From the NCBI GenBank assembly GCA_964035545.1, contig OZ037773.1, positions 10,135,751 through 10,199,750 of the forward strand: DNA of 64,000 bases, read 5' to 3'. The position numbers and the translations under genes are program-made. Every line of letters starts with the position of its first letter. The first letter of the stretch is position 1. Of the stretch, positions 29,691 through 42,961 are shown piece after piece. The stretch comes from Bugula neritina. Taxonomy: Eukaryota; Animalia; Bryozoa. Below the pieces are notes generated by a model that saw only the letters and a program-made list of their open reading frames with translations, ran no database searches and was not told the origin of the DNA.

Positions 29691-31278
29691 ATGGGTGAGT
29701 AGCTATAATCATTAGTTATAGGTTGTGGTTTATAAAGTCTATCTTTGATGCCAAGACTTTGAGATTATAATATTATATACATTACCATAGTCTAGTTACA
29801 GTATTGCTAAGCACAAACAAACTTTTTAAATTGATTTTTAAAAAAATCAATTTAGTACTAAGCATATAAATTTGATGATTTAGTTTTGCACAATCTATTG
29901 GGAAATTGATTGGTTTTTAGTTTTAGTCAATCAGGTGTCTGTTTGATTACCTTTTGAAATAAAAATTTTAACTTACATTTCTGTTGTAGGTTTCAAATTG
30001 GCCATCCTACTTGGACTTGCAGCTTTTGTTGGTAAGTATGCATATTATTGAAAAATATAATAAAATTATTATCAAATTGCAATCAAATTATGGCAAGCTT
30101 TAAAAGAAGTTTAAGTATACAGAACAAGCATCTAGCATTTAATGCCTACTTTATTTTGAATTTTTGCTCAGACTTTTTCTTGGTATTGCAAACAAAGTAT
30201 GTTTTATTTTATATTCAAATGAGTTTGTTCCTTACAATCACTGATTGCTATGTTGAGACGGCTATATACTAGTTAAGAGCTTGCTGATTTATTTTATTTA
30301 GTATAGACATATAATCATGTTTTAACTCAAAATTTAATAAACTGCTTTTTGTTTTATAACCAGCAATAACTGTAAATTAGAAATTAATCAGCCAATTAAA
30401 TGCCAGTTTATAATAAAGTTGTGCACTTCTACTTTCAGCTGTCATCAGTGCTAGCAGATACTACCCACAACCTAAGCACCATTCTTACAGTAAGTAACGA
30501 TAATTAACATCTTGTTGCGTTACAGGTTTCATCGAATGTTTTTTTTTATCACCAAAGACCTGTTTAAAACCAGAACTTTTTTCATTAGACATCTCTGTTG
30601 AATCTGTTTTCAGCCGTCAAAAACTGGAGCGCTTGGGGAGCCTACGGAGCATGCTCAGTGACATGTGGAGGTGGAGAGCAGAGGAGACACAGAACCTGTA
30701 AGACGACCACCATATATGGCTATGGTAAAGATCAGAACAACTGTGTTGGACCAACATACAGCAAGAGAAGATGCAACACTCAATGCTGCCCAGGTAAATA
30801 CCATAATGTAATTCCTGGGTAATATGGAGTTTTTCATAAATAGAAAAATATAGTTATGTCATTTGCAACAATTTTAGCACCATAAAATATAATAAATTTA
30901 TCAAAAGTCCTAAATAAGTCTGATACATTTAAAAGTTGTTATTGTGGCCTGAACTAGTCTGGTATAAGCATATATAATTATAACAGCTACCTTAGCAGTG
31001 CAACACTGGTGAAGGGTAATTCTGCGTCTTTAATACAGCAGGTTTTTCAAAGCTCTGGTTCTATAAAAGGTGGTTTTTGACATTTTAAGTTTTCTGTTGC
31101 AGTTGATGGAGCCTGGGGCAGCTGGTCTCACTGGGCAAAGAAATCTTCTTATGGATACAGCAAAGTACAGATCAGAACCAGACACTGCAACAACCCAGCA
31201 CCAAGCTGTGGAGGCAAAACTTGCCCTGGAGCTAGTTCTCAGACCAGAAAGGTCCGTGTCCACCGCCCTCATTACTAA
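29691..31278 (+). CDS. Family B secreted TSR protein B1, 150 aa; exons 29691..29694, 29990..30031, 30439..30489, 30614..30793, 31103..31278
   Basis: [61 protein letters not shown]...CNTQCCP-VDGAWGSWSHWAKKSSYGYSKVQIRTRHCNNPAPSCGGKTCPGASSQTRKVRVHRPHY*; all introns phase 1. Confidence 0.92.
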
Positions 31279-33722
31279 GTTGGGACCAAGCTCTAACTTG
31301 ACCTGGAAATGATTTGCGATTACGAAGTCTCTTGTTTTGTTATTTTCAACTTAATAGTTTTGTTGCGTTTTAAAATTTAAATTTTTTTGTTTGACAAGTG
31401 TCTTTGATTGTAGGATTAGAAGTAAATTGAGAAATAAAGCAATTTAAAAACTTATTCAAAAACTCCTCTTTATTTGTAGTACTAATATTGACATTCAACA
31501 ATAGTGATTCCTTTAACATTATAAACCAGTATAGTTATAAATATCAATCACCAATCATGGTGTATAAAATTTCAAATTTAATTTCAGCTTTGGGTAGAAT
31601 CTGTAAACAACAGTTTCATACCCGCATAAATTATGGACTAACTTGGCTTAAAACAAATATAACATCAATAATTGGAGAACTACCAAAAATATTTAAATGC
31701 TTTAGTCACTACTTTTATTATAAATAATATCCGTTGACTCCATAAAACAGTAGTAACGTGATAGGTGTCTGTAAGGTCTCTTATGATTGGCTAACACTCT
31801 GATTTATAAATTGCATTGTACACTAAAAAACTAAGCATAAATTGAAAGAAGAAATTTCAATGAGAATAAGCAACAAACATAAGAGTATATTGCAGAAAGT
31901 AGCCTAAGGTTAAAACAATACTTGAAGATTTGCTTGAATATTTTGTCAGCTATAGCAGCAAAAATAGATTTAGTGTGGAAGGCTACAGCTTTAGTTACCA
32001 TTATTCATTAAACTTGAACAAACTAGTTCATTTATATAAAAACCTTTCTTACAATATTTTTTCTAAACTAGAGATATCTTCAAATAAAATAGCATTCAGC
32101 TGTAGCCAATTCTATGAGCCACATCACTTGTTTACCTGAAGACAGCCTTCTCAACTTGTTACAGCTTAACGTCTGACAAATGATTTGATGCAATTACATA
32201 CCGACCAGAGCTAAAAGCTAATAGCAAATTATAAACACACTAACAGTGAACACAACTCCTTAATTAATAATGTTTATAATTTGTTTTAGTGTAGATATAA
32301 ATGTAAATGTAAATATTTTACTTACGACGCAGCTTAGAAAAGAACATCAGAAAACATATGCCACATCCGTGAGTGTACTTGTGCATATAAAAAACAACTT
32401 TGTATATTGAACAGTTTTTCTCAAAGTACTCCATTGCTCAAACTATCCCGGCTTCCTCTACCAACTTATAGAGCTTTTGAAAAACTCTACAATGTCAAGG
32501 TACCAAACTAAAGAGTAAAGTTGAGTACCATAAAACTCTGTCCAGTATCAAAACAAAACTCTTTTAGATGGCGAACCTTTGGCTACTTATTCTGCATATA
32601 TAGTAGTTAGGATTTTGCTGTTACATTTGATACTGCTAACATTTTTTCACTTTTAATAAAGCTTCTATCTGCACTAAAGCAAATTATGAATGTTACTTAA
32701 GTTGCGTTATTGGCTTTACAGAGCTAATTTGATATCATTATATAATTACATTGGAACACTATGGTTAGGTGCTTAGCTGTCTTAGGTTAAAATGAACTAT
32801 AGGTTTTCATGAAAACAAGTATAATGGTCGTGGCACATTTATATATTGAGCTATTATAGCTGAATATAAATATGACCGCATCACAATTAAATATATTTTT
32901 GAAGATCTAAACAAATAATTTAATATAATTTTTATAATTGAATGGATACTTTCAAGTTTATTGAAGAAGGGCAACTAAAATGATAGCTCTCTAAAGTTAA
33001 TTCGTGCTACTTATAGCTGCCAAAATATTCAGCCAAATATTTTAGCTTTTTATGACTATATGTCAATTTTTTAAAAAATACTTCAAATTATTATACACTT
33101 TATATTTGTTTATTAATTCTTTTCAAGATTTGTTATTTTAATTAACTTGTTTATTTCAATGTGTGAAGGAGTTGCTTTTGCAGTGTTAGCCAATCATTAG
33201 GAATTTTACAAGTGTCTATCAGGCTACTGCTGTCTTTTGATGTCGGAGTTTAATTATATAGTAAAAGTAGAGACTAGACTGGACTAGAGCATTTAAATAT
33301 TGATCGTAGTTCTTCAATTATCAGTACTATATTTGTTTTTATATTTAAGTTGCCATAAGCTAATTGGACAAGTAGGAAAATGTCGTTTACAGAGCCTATA
33401 AGCCCAAGCTGAAATTGGATTTGAAATTTTATACAGTATGATTGGTGATTGATATTTATAATTCCTGGTTTATAATGTTAAGAAAAAAAACTATTCTTGT
33501 TGAATGTCAATATATTAGTGCTGCAAATAATGATGAACTTTTGAATTACTTTTATTGAATTGCTTTATTTTTCAATTTACTTCTACTACTACACTCAGTG
33601 ACATTCATTAAACAAAACATTTAAAATTTAAAACATAACAAAATTATTAAGTTGAAAGTAACAAAAAAAGAAACTTCATAATCATAAATCATTTCCAGGT
33701 CAAGTTAGAGTTTGGTCTTAAC

Positions 33723-35394
33723 TTAGTAATGAGGGAGGTGGACACGGACCTTTCTGGTCTGAGAACGAGCTCCATAGCAGTAACGACCTCCACATTTTGG
33801 TGCTGGGTAGTTGCAGTGTCTGGTTCTCATCTGTACCTTCTGGTATCCGTAAGAAGATTTGTTGGCCCAGTGAGACCAGCTTCCCCAGGCTCCATCAACT
33901 GCAACAGAAAACTTGAAGTACAGAACCTGCAGTTTTATAAAACCAATGCTTAGTAAAGCTAGCTTTCACTAGCCATAGCACTACTATGTACCTGTTATAA
34001 ACATGGATGTTTAGCTGACTAGTTTTAGTCATTGTGGCATCTTTAAATGCATTAAACTTACTTAAGATTGCTAATATATTTAACAGAGGTGCTAAATTTG
34101 TTGGAAAAGCTATTGTTTTTTTACTTAAAAATGACTCTTATTACCCAGGAATTGGATTATGGTATGTACCTGGGCAGCAGTGAGTGTTGCATCTTCTCCT
34201 GCTGTATGTTGGTCCAACACAGTTGTCCTGATCTTTACCATAGCCATATATGGTGGTCGCCTTACAGGTTCTGTATCTCTTCTGTTCCCCACCTCCACAT
34301 GTCACTGAGCATGCTCCGTAGGCTCCCCAAGCGCTCCAGTTTTTGACGGCTGCAAACAGATTCAACAGAGATGTCCAATGGGAAGGGTTCTAATTTTAAA
34401 CAGCTCTTCGGCAATAAGAAGACACTCGCTGAAACTTGTACCGTAACAAGGTGTTAATTATTGTTACTTACTGTAAGAATGGCGCCTAGGTGGATGGTAA
34501 GGCTGGGGCTGGCGGCGGTGGTGCTTAGGTCGTGGGTGGTATCCGCTAGCACTGATGACAGCTGAAAGTAGAAGTGCACAACTCCACTATAGACATGCAT
34601 TTGATTGGCTAACTAGCTGACAATTGGCAACTATTGCTCCCTCCATGCATCTTTAGAACACTTTTAGTTATTATAATAAACAAACAGCTTCATATATTCT
34701 GAGTTAAAACTTATGTGACTATGCATGTCTTACTAACTGAAAGGAATTAGCAAAGTCTTAATTATAGTCATTTCAACATAGCATTCAGTTATTGTATAAA
34801 AAATACATGAATAAAATAAATATAATTTATTTGTAATACTGGTAGCAACTCCCAGCAAAAATTAAAAAAATAATGAATGCAACACTTACTCTATTTATGG
34901 ACTTATTTTTAAAGCATGGTATAATATATATATTTTGATTGCAACAATTTGAAAATATTGCAAAGTTATGTACACTATATTTTTCTTGGTAACTATAAAA
35001 AATCAAATATAAATACTATAAAATAGTTCTATTTCAATGTAATATACATTCTTACCGATGAAAGCCGCAAGTCCAAGTAGGATGGCTAATTTGAAACCTA
35101 CAACAGAAATGTAAGTTAAAATTTTTAATTCGAAAGTTAATCACACAGACACCTGATTTGCTAAAACTAAAAACCAATCAATTTCCCAATAGATTGTGCA
35201 AAACTAAATCATCAAATTTATAGGCTTAGTGCCTTAAGGATTTTTTAAGAATTTTTTTAAAAGTTTGTTTGTGCTTAGCAATACTGTAACTCGACTATGG
35301 TAATGTAGATAATATTGTAATCGCAAAGTCTTTGTATTAAAGATAGACTTTATAAACCGCAACCTATAACCAATGATTATAGCTACTTACCCAT
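33723..35394 (-). CDS. Family B secreted TSR protein B2, 163 aa; exons 35394..35391, 35097..35056, 34561..34472, 34349..34170, 33898..33723
   Basis: [48 protein letters not shown]1(...CNTHCCP)-VDGAWGSWSHWANKSSYGYQKVQMRTRHCNYPAPKCGGRYCYGARSQTRKVRVHLPHY*. Confidence 0.92.
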
Positions 35395-35425
35395 GTTGTT
35401 GAGATAGATTCAGCTGTTGAGTGTG

Positions 35426-35461
35426 AACTGATATTACTTTGCTGATGCTCCCCTTTATATA
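35426..35461 (-). promoter_or_regulatory. Core promoter of B2 (TATATAAA plus TCAGTT)
   Basis: Minus-strand TATATAAA at 35461-35454 and TCAGTT about 30 nt downstream. Confidence 0.72.
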
Positions 35462-37455
35462 CCTGTCCTGTCTCAAATTTAGCTATAAAACTCACTACAT
35501 AAATCAATATATTAGTCTTTGAAGATGTTGCATTCAAAAGACTAAAATGGAAATAAATAAAAAGTGAGTAACAAAATTTTTATCAAAAAATTTTGATACT
35601 CGTTGCAATTTATTTTTCAAAACATAAATTTAAAAAATGTTAGCAGAAAATAGAAACTGTTCCATTTTTAACTTTCATTACTTCCAGTTTCGTTATAAAA
35701 TATGACTCTTTAATGATTTATGATTCCGTGTGTAGGATACATTAGATATAACTCATATATGCCGGGCTGTCATATCAATAATAAATCATACGGTATTATA
35801 GCTGCCTTATGGATTTATTATACAAAACTAGCGGGAGCTATAAATTTATAGTATTATATATTCATAAAAGTTTGGCTAATTCTTTTTAGCCAATTGCACC
35901 TCAACTCAAGAATTATATTATAGTATTTCTTTTTGTTCATCAAGTTTGCCAATGACCAGCTGAGGAATACACACAGAGTATAATCTGCCTATTATGAGAG
36001 TTACGAGTTACTTTGTGTTAGTAATCCCAAAACCTGGGGGTAGATTGAAGAACAAAGAATTAGCCACACTTAAATGAATATATAGTACTATCAAACTATA
36101 GGTTTGTATAATAAACCTATTAGACAACTATATTACTGTCAAAGGTGCAGACTTTCGTTATAAGAATTTAAATGATATGCTCAAGTTAAACCTTAAGTCA
36201 TATGTTTCTATATAAAAGGTTTTGTTTTGTTTTACTGAGGTAGTTTAAATTTCTAGTGTCTATTATTTCCTCTCAATTTTTAAACTAGCTAATTTGCTGA
36301 CATATATAATAGCTTTTAGCACATTTATAAAAATTATAATTTAAGTTAAAGTGATTTTCTTGTGCATCAGTTGCAACTATAAAAAGTTATTGTAATAAAA
36401 TCTAATAAAATCTAAATAATAAATTTGTTGGCATTGAAGTTGTTTTCAAAAAGAGAAAACAAAAGTCATTTATTTGCGTATGAGTCATACTGGCTATAAT
36501 TATTTAGTTCATTTTAGTTTTTGAATCAATTTGCATATATGTAATACTTTCAAGTGAAACTTAAATCGATTTTATTTAGTCGAGCCAAATTCATTTAAAA
36601 TTTCATATCTCAACTTACAGATCTCAATTATCTTCTAACTATATTTTGCCCATAATATCCTATTTTACTATATATATATCACTATAATTATTTTCCAAGT
36701 ATCAATTAATAGTGCAAATATTTGGCATGTCAATATGAACTCGGCTCTCCCACTTTTTATTTGATACAAAAACCTACACTTATATGATATCGAAATGTTT
36801 GTAAACTTGATTTTGTGCTTGATGCTGGTTACTTGTCTCATTAAATAAAATTAATCTAATTGGAGAGATAACTCCAAGCTCTGTAGTTCTGGTCATAGTA
36901 ACTATCAAAGTCTAACAACAGCTTTATCCAGCCTTAAGGGTAAACACCAGGAAACAGAATAACTGCATGGAGCCAGGCTAAAAAATTTCACTTCAATTCC
37001 CTCAACTGCACCTGTTTCCTATTTAAAGCCATTAAGTTAACCATTGAAAACAATATGATTTATTATTGGTATATGATAGCCCATGCAGCGTGGAAGTTAT
37101 ATCTATAACATTATATATTCTATCATACCTTATACACATCAAATCATAAATCATTAAAAGGTCATATTTTATAATGAAATAGGAAGTAATAAAACCTAAA
37201 ATGGAGCAACTTTTATTATCTTGTAACATCTTTCGAATCAATGTTTTGAAAAATGAATTGTAACGCGTACCAAAAGTTTTGATATAAATTATTTCACTCA
37301 CTTTTAATTTATTTCCATTTTAGTCTTTTGAATGCAACACGTTCAAAGACTAATATATTGATTCATTTAGTGAGTTTTATCACTAAATTTGAGACAGGGG
37401 AGGATCAGCCAGGTAATATCAGTTCACACTCAACAGCTGAATCTATCTCAACAAC

Positions 37456-39128
37456 ATGGGTAAGTAGCTATAATCATTGGTTATAGGTTGTGGTTTATAA
37501 AGTCTATCTTTGATGCAAAGACTTTGAGATTATAATATTATATACATTACCATAGTCTAGTTACAGTATTGCTAAGCACAAACAAACTTTTAAAAAACAA
37601 TTGTTAAAAAATCTTTAAAGTATTAAGCCTATAAATTTGATGATTTAGTTTTGCACAATCTATTGGGAAATTGATTGGTTTTTCGTTTTAGCAAATCAGG
37701 TGTCTGTGTGATTAATCTTTGAAATACAAATTTTAACTTACATTTCTGTTGTAGGTTTCAAATTGGCCATCATACTTGGACTTGCAGCTTTCGTTGGTAA
37801 GAATGTAGATTACATTAAAATAGAACTATTTTATAGTATTTATATTTGATGTTTTATAGTTACCAAGAAAAATATAGTGTACATAACTTTGCAATATTTT
37901 CAAATTGTTGCAATCAAAATATATATTATATACCAAGTTTTAAAAAAAAGTCCATAAATAGAATAAGTATTGCATTCATTAATTTTTTATTTTTGCTGGG
38001 AGTTGCTACCAGTATTACAAATAAATTATATTTATTTTATTCATGTTTTTTTATACAATAACTGAATGCTATGTTGAGAAGAATAAAATTAAGATTTTGC
38101 TAATTCCTTTCAGTTATTAAGACATGCATAGTCACACATGTTTCAACTCAAAATATATGAAGCTGATTGTTTATTATTATAACTAAAAGTTTCCTAAAGA
38201 TGCATGCAGGGAGCAATATTTGTCAATTGTCAGCTAGTCAGCCAATCAAATGCATGTTTATAGTGGAGTTGTGCACTTCTACTTTCAGCTGTCATCAGTG
38301 CTAGCGGATACCACCCACGACCTAAGCACCACCGCCGCCAGCCTCAGCCTTACCATCCACCTAGGCGCCATTCTTACAGTAAGTAACAATAATTAACACC
38401 TTGTTGCGGTACAAGTTTCAGCGAGTGTCTTCTTATCGCCGAAGAGCTGTTTAAAATTAGAACCTTTCCCAATAGACATATCTGTTGAATTTGTTTGCAG
38501 CCGTCAAAAACTGGAGTGCTTGGGGAGCCTATGGAGCATGCTCAGTGACATGTGGAGGTGGAGAACAGAAGAGATACAGAACCTGTAAGGCGACCACCAT
38601 ATATGGCTATGGTAAAGATCAGGACAACTGTGTTGGACCAACATACAGCAGGAGAAGATGCAACACTCACTGCTGCCCAGGTAAATACCATAATCCAATT
38701 TCTGGATAATAGAGTCATTTTTAAATAGAAAATCCATAGTTTTTTCAATAAAGTTAGCACCACTGTTTTATATAAATACGCAATCTTGAATAAATTTATT
38801 GCATCTAAAAATGCTACAATGACTGAAACTAGTCAGCTGGACATCCATGTTTATAACAGGTACATAGTAGTGCTATGGCTAGTCAAAGCTAGTTTTATTA
38901 AACTTTGGTTCTATAAAACTGCAGTTACTATACTTCAAGTTTTCTGTTGTAGTTGATGGAGCCTGGGGAAGATGGTCTCACTGGGCCAACAAATCTTCTT
39001 ACGGATACCAGAAGGTGCAGATGAGAACCAGACACTGCAACTACCCAGCACCAAAATGTGGAGGTCGTTACTGCTATGGAGCTAGTTCTCAGACCAGAAA
39101 GGTCCGTGTCCACCTCCCTCATTACTAA
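37456..39128 (+). CDS. Family B secreted TSR protein B3, 163 aa; exons 37456..37459, 37755..37796, 38289..38378, 38501..38680, 38953..39128
   Basis: Near-identical to B2, open frame, intact splice sites; the promoter lacks the TATA box. Confidence 0.9.
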
Positions 39129-40881
39129 GTTAAGACCAAACTCTAACTTGACCTGGAAATGATTTATGATTATGAAGTTTCCTTTTTTGTTACTTTCAAC
39201 TTAATAATTTTGTTATGTTTTAAACTCTAAATGTTTTTGTTTCATTAATGTCATTGATTGTAGTAGTAGAAGTAAATTGAAAAATAAAGCAATTCAATAA
39301 AAGTAATTCAAGAGTTCGTGATCATTATTTGCAGCACTAATATATTGACATTCAACAAGAATTTTTTTTTTCTCAACATTATAAACCAGGAATTATAAAT
39401 ATCAATCACCAACCATACTGCATAAAATTTCAAATCCAATTTCAGCTTGGGGTAGAATCTCCAAACCACTCAAATAGTTTACAGCAACTTACATAAAAAC
39501 AAATATAGCATTGATATTGAAGAATTACCATCAATACTTAAATGCTCTAGCCAGTACTTTTACTATAATTAACTGCTGACATCAAAAAACAGCAGTAGCC
39601 TGATAGACATTTGTAAAGTTCAAGATGATTGGCTAACACTGCAAAAGCAAGTAAATTGAAATAACAAATCTGGATAAGAAAAAATAACAAATTCAAAGTG
39701 TGCAATAATTTAAAACATTTTTAATAAACAAATGACATATATATAAGGTCAGACAAATACTGAAAATTTTGACTGAATATTTTGTGACTTATAAGTAGCA
39801 CAAATTGATTAAATCTGAAGGGCTACAATTTTAGTTTCACTAAACGTGAAAGTATCTCTTCAATTATAAAAATTATATTGAATTATACTTCTGAATTAAG
39901 ATCTCTTTAACAAATGTGTTTTAACTATGATGCAGTCATATTGAAATTCAGCTACAGCTTAATCTATATCTGCCACAACCATCACTTGTTTTCATGGAAA
40001 CCTAGCTGCTCCTAACTTGGGACAGCTGAGCACCTGACTATAGTGTTCTAATGTACTTATATAACAATGTTAAACCAGCCAATAAAGCTAATAACTTGAA
40101 CTAAAAGAACACTCTATATATAGTAGATAACACAACTCCAATAACTTTCATAATTTGCTTTAGTGTAGATATAAAAGCTTTATTCAGTGTGAAAAAATGT
40201 TAGCAGTATCAACTGTGTCAGTGAGATTATATAACTAATTTTTGCTCAAGTGCCAACTGTCAACTTAACTGTCTTTCTTCATCTATAATTGTATTTTCCA
40301 CGTTTTCCTATATACGCTGCATTTTGTTCTAGCTTTTTAATAATTTGCTGTAACACTCCTACAAATTTAGTTAAGCACGTTTGGAGTTGTCTCCTTCTTG
40401 TGACAGATCACGGTAAAGCTTTTAGAACTACAGGATGAGTCAGCTTTTCAAATTCTGATACGTACTGCACCTTACATAAAATAATCTAAAAATAACACCT
40501 GCATGGCAATCTGTCATATATAGCTAACATCAAGACACTTGATTTCCTAGTCTACTAGATATATATTTGTCTGCCATGTTGGCCAGCAGTCCAATGCAAC
40601 CCCATTATGTGCTCTAAAGCAGTATAGAATACATGACCTACATATAACTTATCACAAAATGAGTAAGCAGTAGACTGTATAGTTTACTCTCCTTTAATAT
40701 TAGCCATAACTATAAACAATGTAAGAAATCAATATCAATAATCCATGTCAATAATCAATGGATAGTGATACTTAATTATTACTAATACTTATGAAAAGTT
40801 GATATATGATTAATATCATTATTTGATATCAAAACCAACTATATAATCCACATCAGTAAACAATTATATTTATTAGTATTA

Positions 40882-41017
<136 letters not shown>

Positions 41018-41321
41018 ATTGATACTATAAAATATTTGTTGAGTTAAGGAGAAAAAATAAATGCATTTTTGCTTTTATTATGCACAATCTATTTTAGTAT
41101 ATCTTACGGCATATTCTAAAAGCTAAATGTCATATTGCTACAATATTTTAAGGATTTTCAATTCATAAAAGCTTTAATTTTTTAATTACAATATTTTGCA
41201 ATTTTTGCATTTCTAATTTGTTGATTTTACATACATTTAAATAGCTCTCAAAGTGTATTTCTACAAGTAAGTATTTTCAGCAATTAAAATATATATAATT
41301 AAATTTATCTCTATATTCACA

Positions 41322-42505
41322 AAGAAGCAGTGGTCAGCCTAGAGTCCCTGGACCTCCTGCTCTAAGTACTGCGGGGGAGGTGAGAGAATGCGCCACAAGA
41401 CTTGTGAGACAACCACTCACTAAGGAACTGGTAACCCAGCTTCTTACAGTTGTAGAGGCAGTCCTCATGGAAAGGTGAAATGCAACACTCAGTGTAAGTG
41501 CACAAAGTTATTATTTGTTTACACTCGCACAGTTTAATCATGGAGTGGATATAATAATTCTTTTTATTTGTTAATCATTTTTATATCAAAAGCAGTTTAA
41601 TGCCTATATATACACTTTTTTTTCAGTTTTGTCTAATTTAAAAAAATAACATTAATACTTTTATCAAAGTTGTATTAGAAAGCCAATGTTGACTATACTA
41701 TGTCATCCTTTACTTATGCAGTAAAAATTATTAATCCTTAACTCATTATTTTGGAAAAAGAAATCATCAGATAGATCTATTTTTACCTTTCTCTGTATCA
41801 GAATTTTTAAATTTTTCAGTTGAATTTTGTATAACTTCATTTTTTAAATTTATCAAATATATATTATTTTTGATCTACCAACAATTGAATATTTTTAATA
41901 CTGTATTATAGCTATAAAAAGATATTCTCAGCAAAAGAAAAATAATTTGAGTTGTAATTATGAAATATTTTTCTAGACCCAAAAAAGCAGTGGTCACAGC
42001 GGGGTCCATGAACAGTTCGCTCAAAGACTTGTGGTGGAGGAGAGAGAATGATATACAGAACTTGTGAGGCAGCTTCAACTTCCAAAAGTTGCAAAGGTGA
42101 TCTTCACGGAAAGATAGCCTGCAACACCCATTACTGCCCATGTAAGTGTAAAGTTAATTATTTCTAAATTGTCACACTGATCTATCAGCGAACTTTCAGT
42201 TGTTCATGAGCCTTATATAGCTTTTATAGTTTTCTATTCTTCTATTTCTTCGCTTGGCTTTTTTCATTATTAAAACGTTAATTAAAGTTCATTAGTAATT
42301 CATTTTAAAATTTTGATTTCCTATTGCAACTTTAAAAATAGTTTGTTGTTCTACAAATGTTCTTTTTTGAAAAGAAATACTTTCATTAGTTGAAATCATT
42401 CTTGTTTGAATAAACTTTCTCTAGTGAAATTAAATTTGAATCATGTCAATTTGGGTTTTAGATACACGGAGCTATACTAAACCGCCACGCACAAGGACAA
42501 GATAA
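41322..42505 (+). pseudogene. TSR pseudogene related to the 42962 gene: exons ~41322..41493, 41977..42141 and probable last exon 42462..42505
   Basis: KKQWSA*SPWTSCSKYCGGGERMRHKTCETTTH*GTG...CRGSPHGKVKCNTQ and PKKQWSQRGP*TVRSKTCGGGERMIYRTC...CNTHYCP contain in-frame stops and end in GTAAGT donors; then YTRSYTKPPRTRTR*. Confidence 0.8.
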
Positions 42506-42892
42506 GCAATGAATGTATCCAAATAGGTGGGCTTTAATGTACAGTTACTATATGCACTCATCTAATTATTGCACAAAGTCAATAGTGGCAATTTCATCAA
42601 TCAAGACGTTAAGCATACTGTATATGTAAATTTAATTAAATTATAGATGAATAATCAGAAAAAAAAGGAGTTATTTGATAAGTACTTCCATACTAGAAAC
42701 TTACGCTTGCTAAAACAGAATGTGTTTGAAATAAAAAGGAAATAAGATGATTACACTGCATGTGTTGTTAGACATAAGTATGATTAGTTAGCTAGTACTT
42801 GAAGTACACCATGGTCATGGTAATTAATTACATAACGGCCTTCTTTGACAACTCTAATTAGAAAGAGTTCCTTATGGCCCTACTTTCAGCAG

Positions 42893-42899
42893 TATAAAA
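42893..42899 (+). promoter_or_regulatory. TATA box of the Tyr/His-repeat TSR gene
   Basis: TATAAAA 69 nt upstream of the ATG at 42962; TCAGCA about 29 nt downstream of the TATA. Confidence 0.65.
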
Positions 42900-42961
42900 G
42901 CCCAGCTGTTGGCCTTCAACTTCAGCATCTCTGGACTGACTTGCCAAGGAACAACATTAAG

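Larger units (their letters stand above)
32620..40215. repeat. Inverted (head-to-head) duplication carrying B2 and B3: ~32620-35790 versus ~37050-40215
   Basis: Exons, introns and both flanks match by reverse complement; B1 with its flanks (~29020-32300) is a third copy. Confidence 0.88.

Noticed and set aside
29691-39128. Naming these genes properdin, hemicentin, SCO-spondin or exons of one large TSR protein
   Set aside because: Each copy has its own start, signal peptide and stop and they lie on both strands; similarity is limited to the TSR motif, so no gene symbol is assigned.
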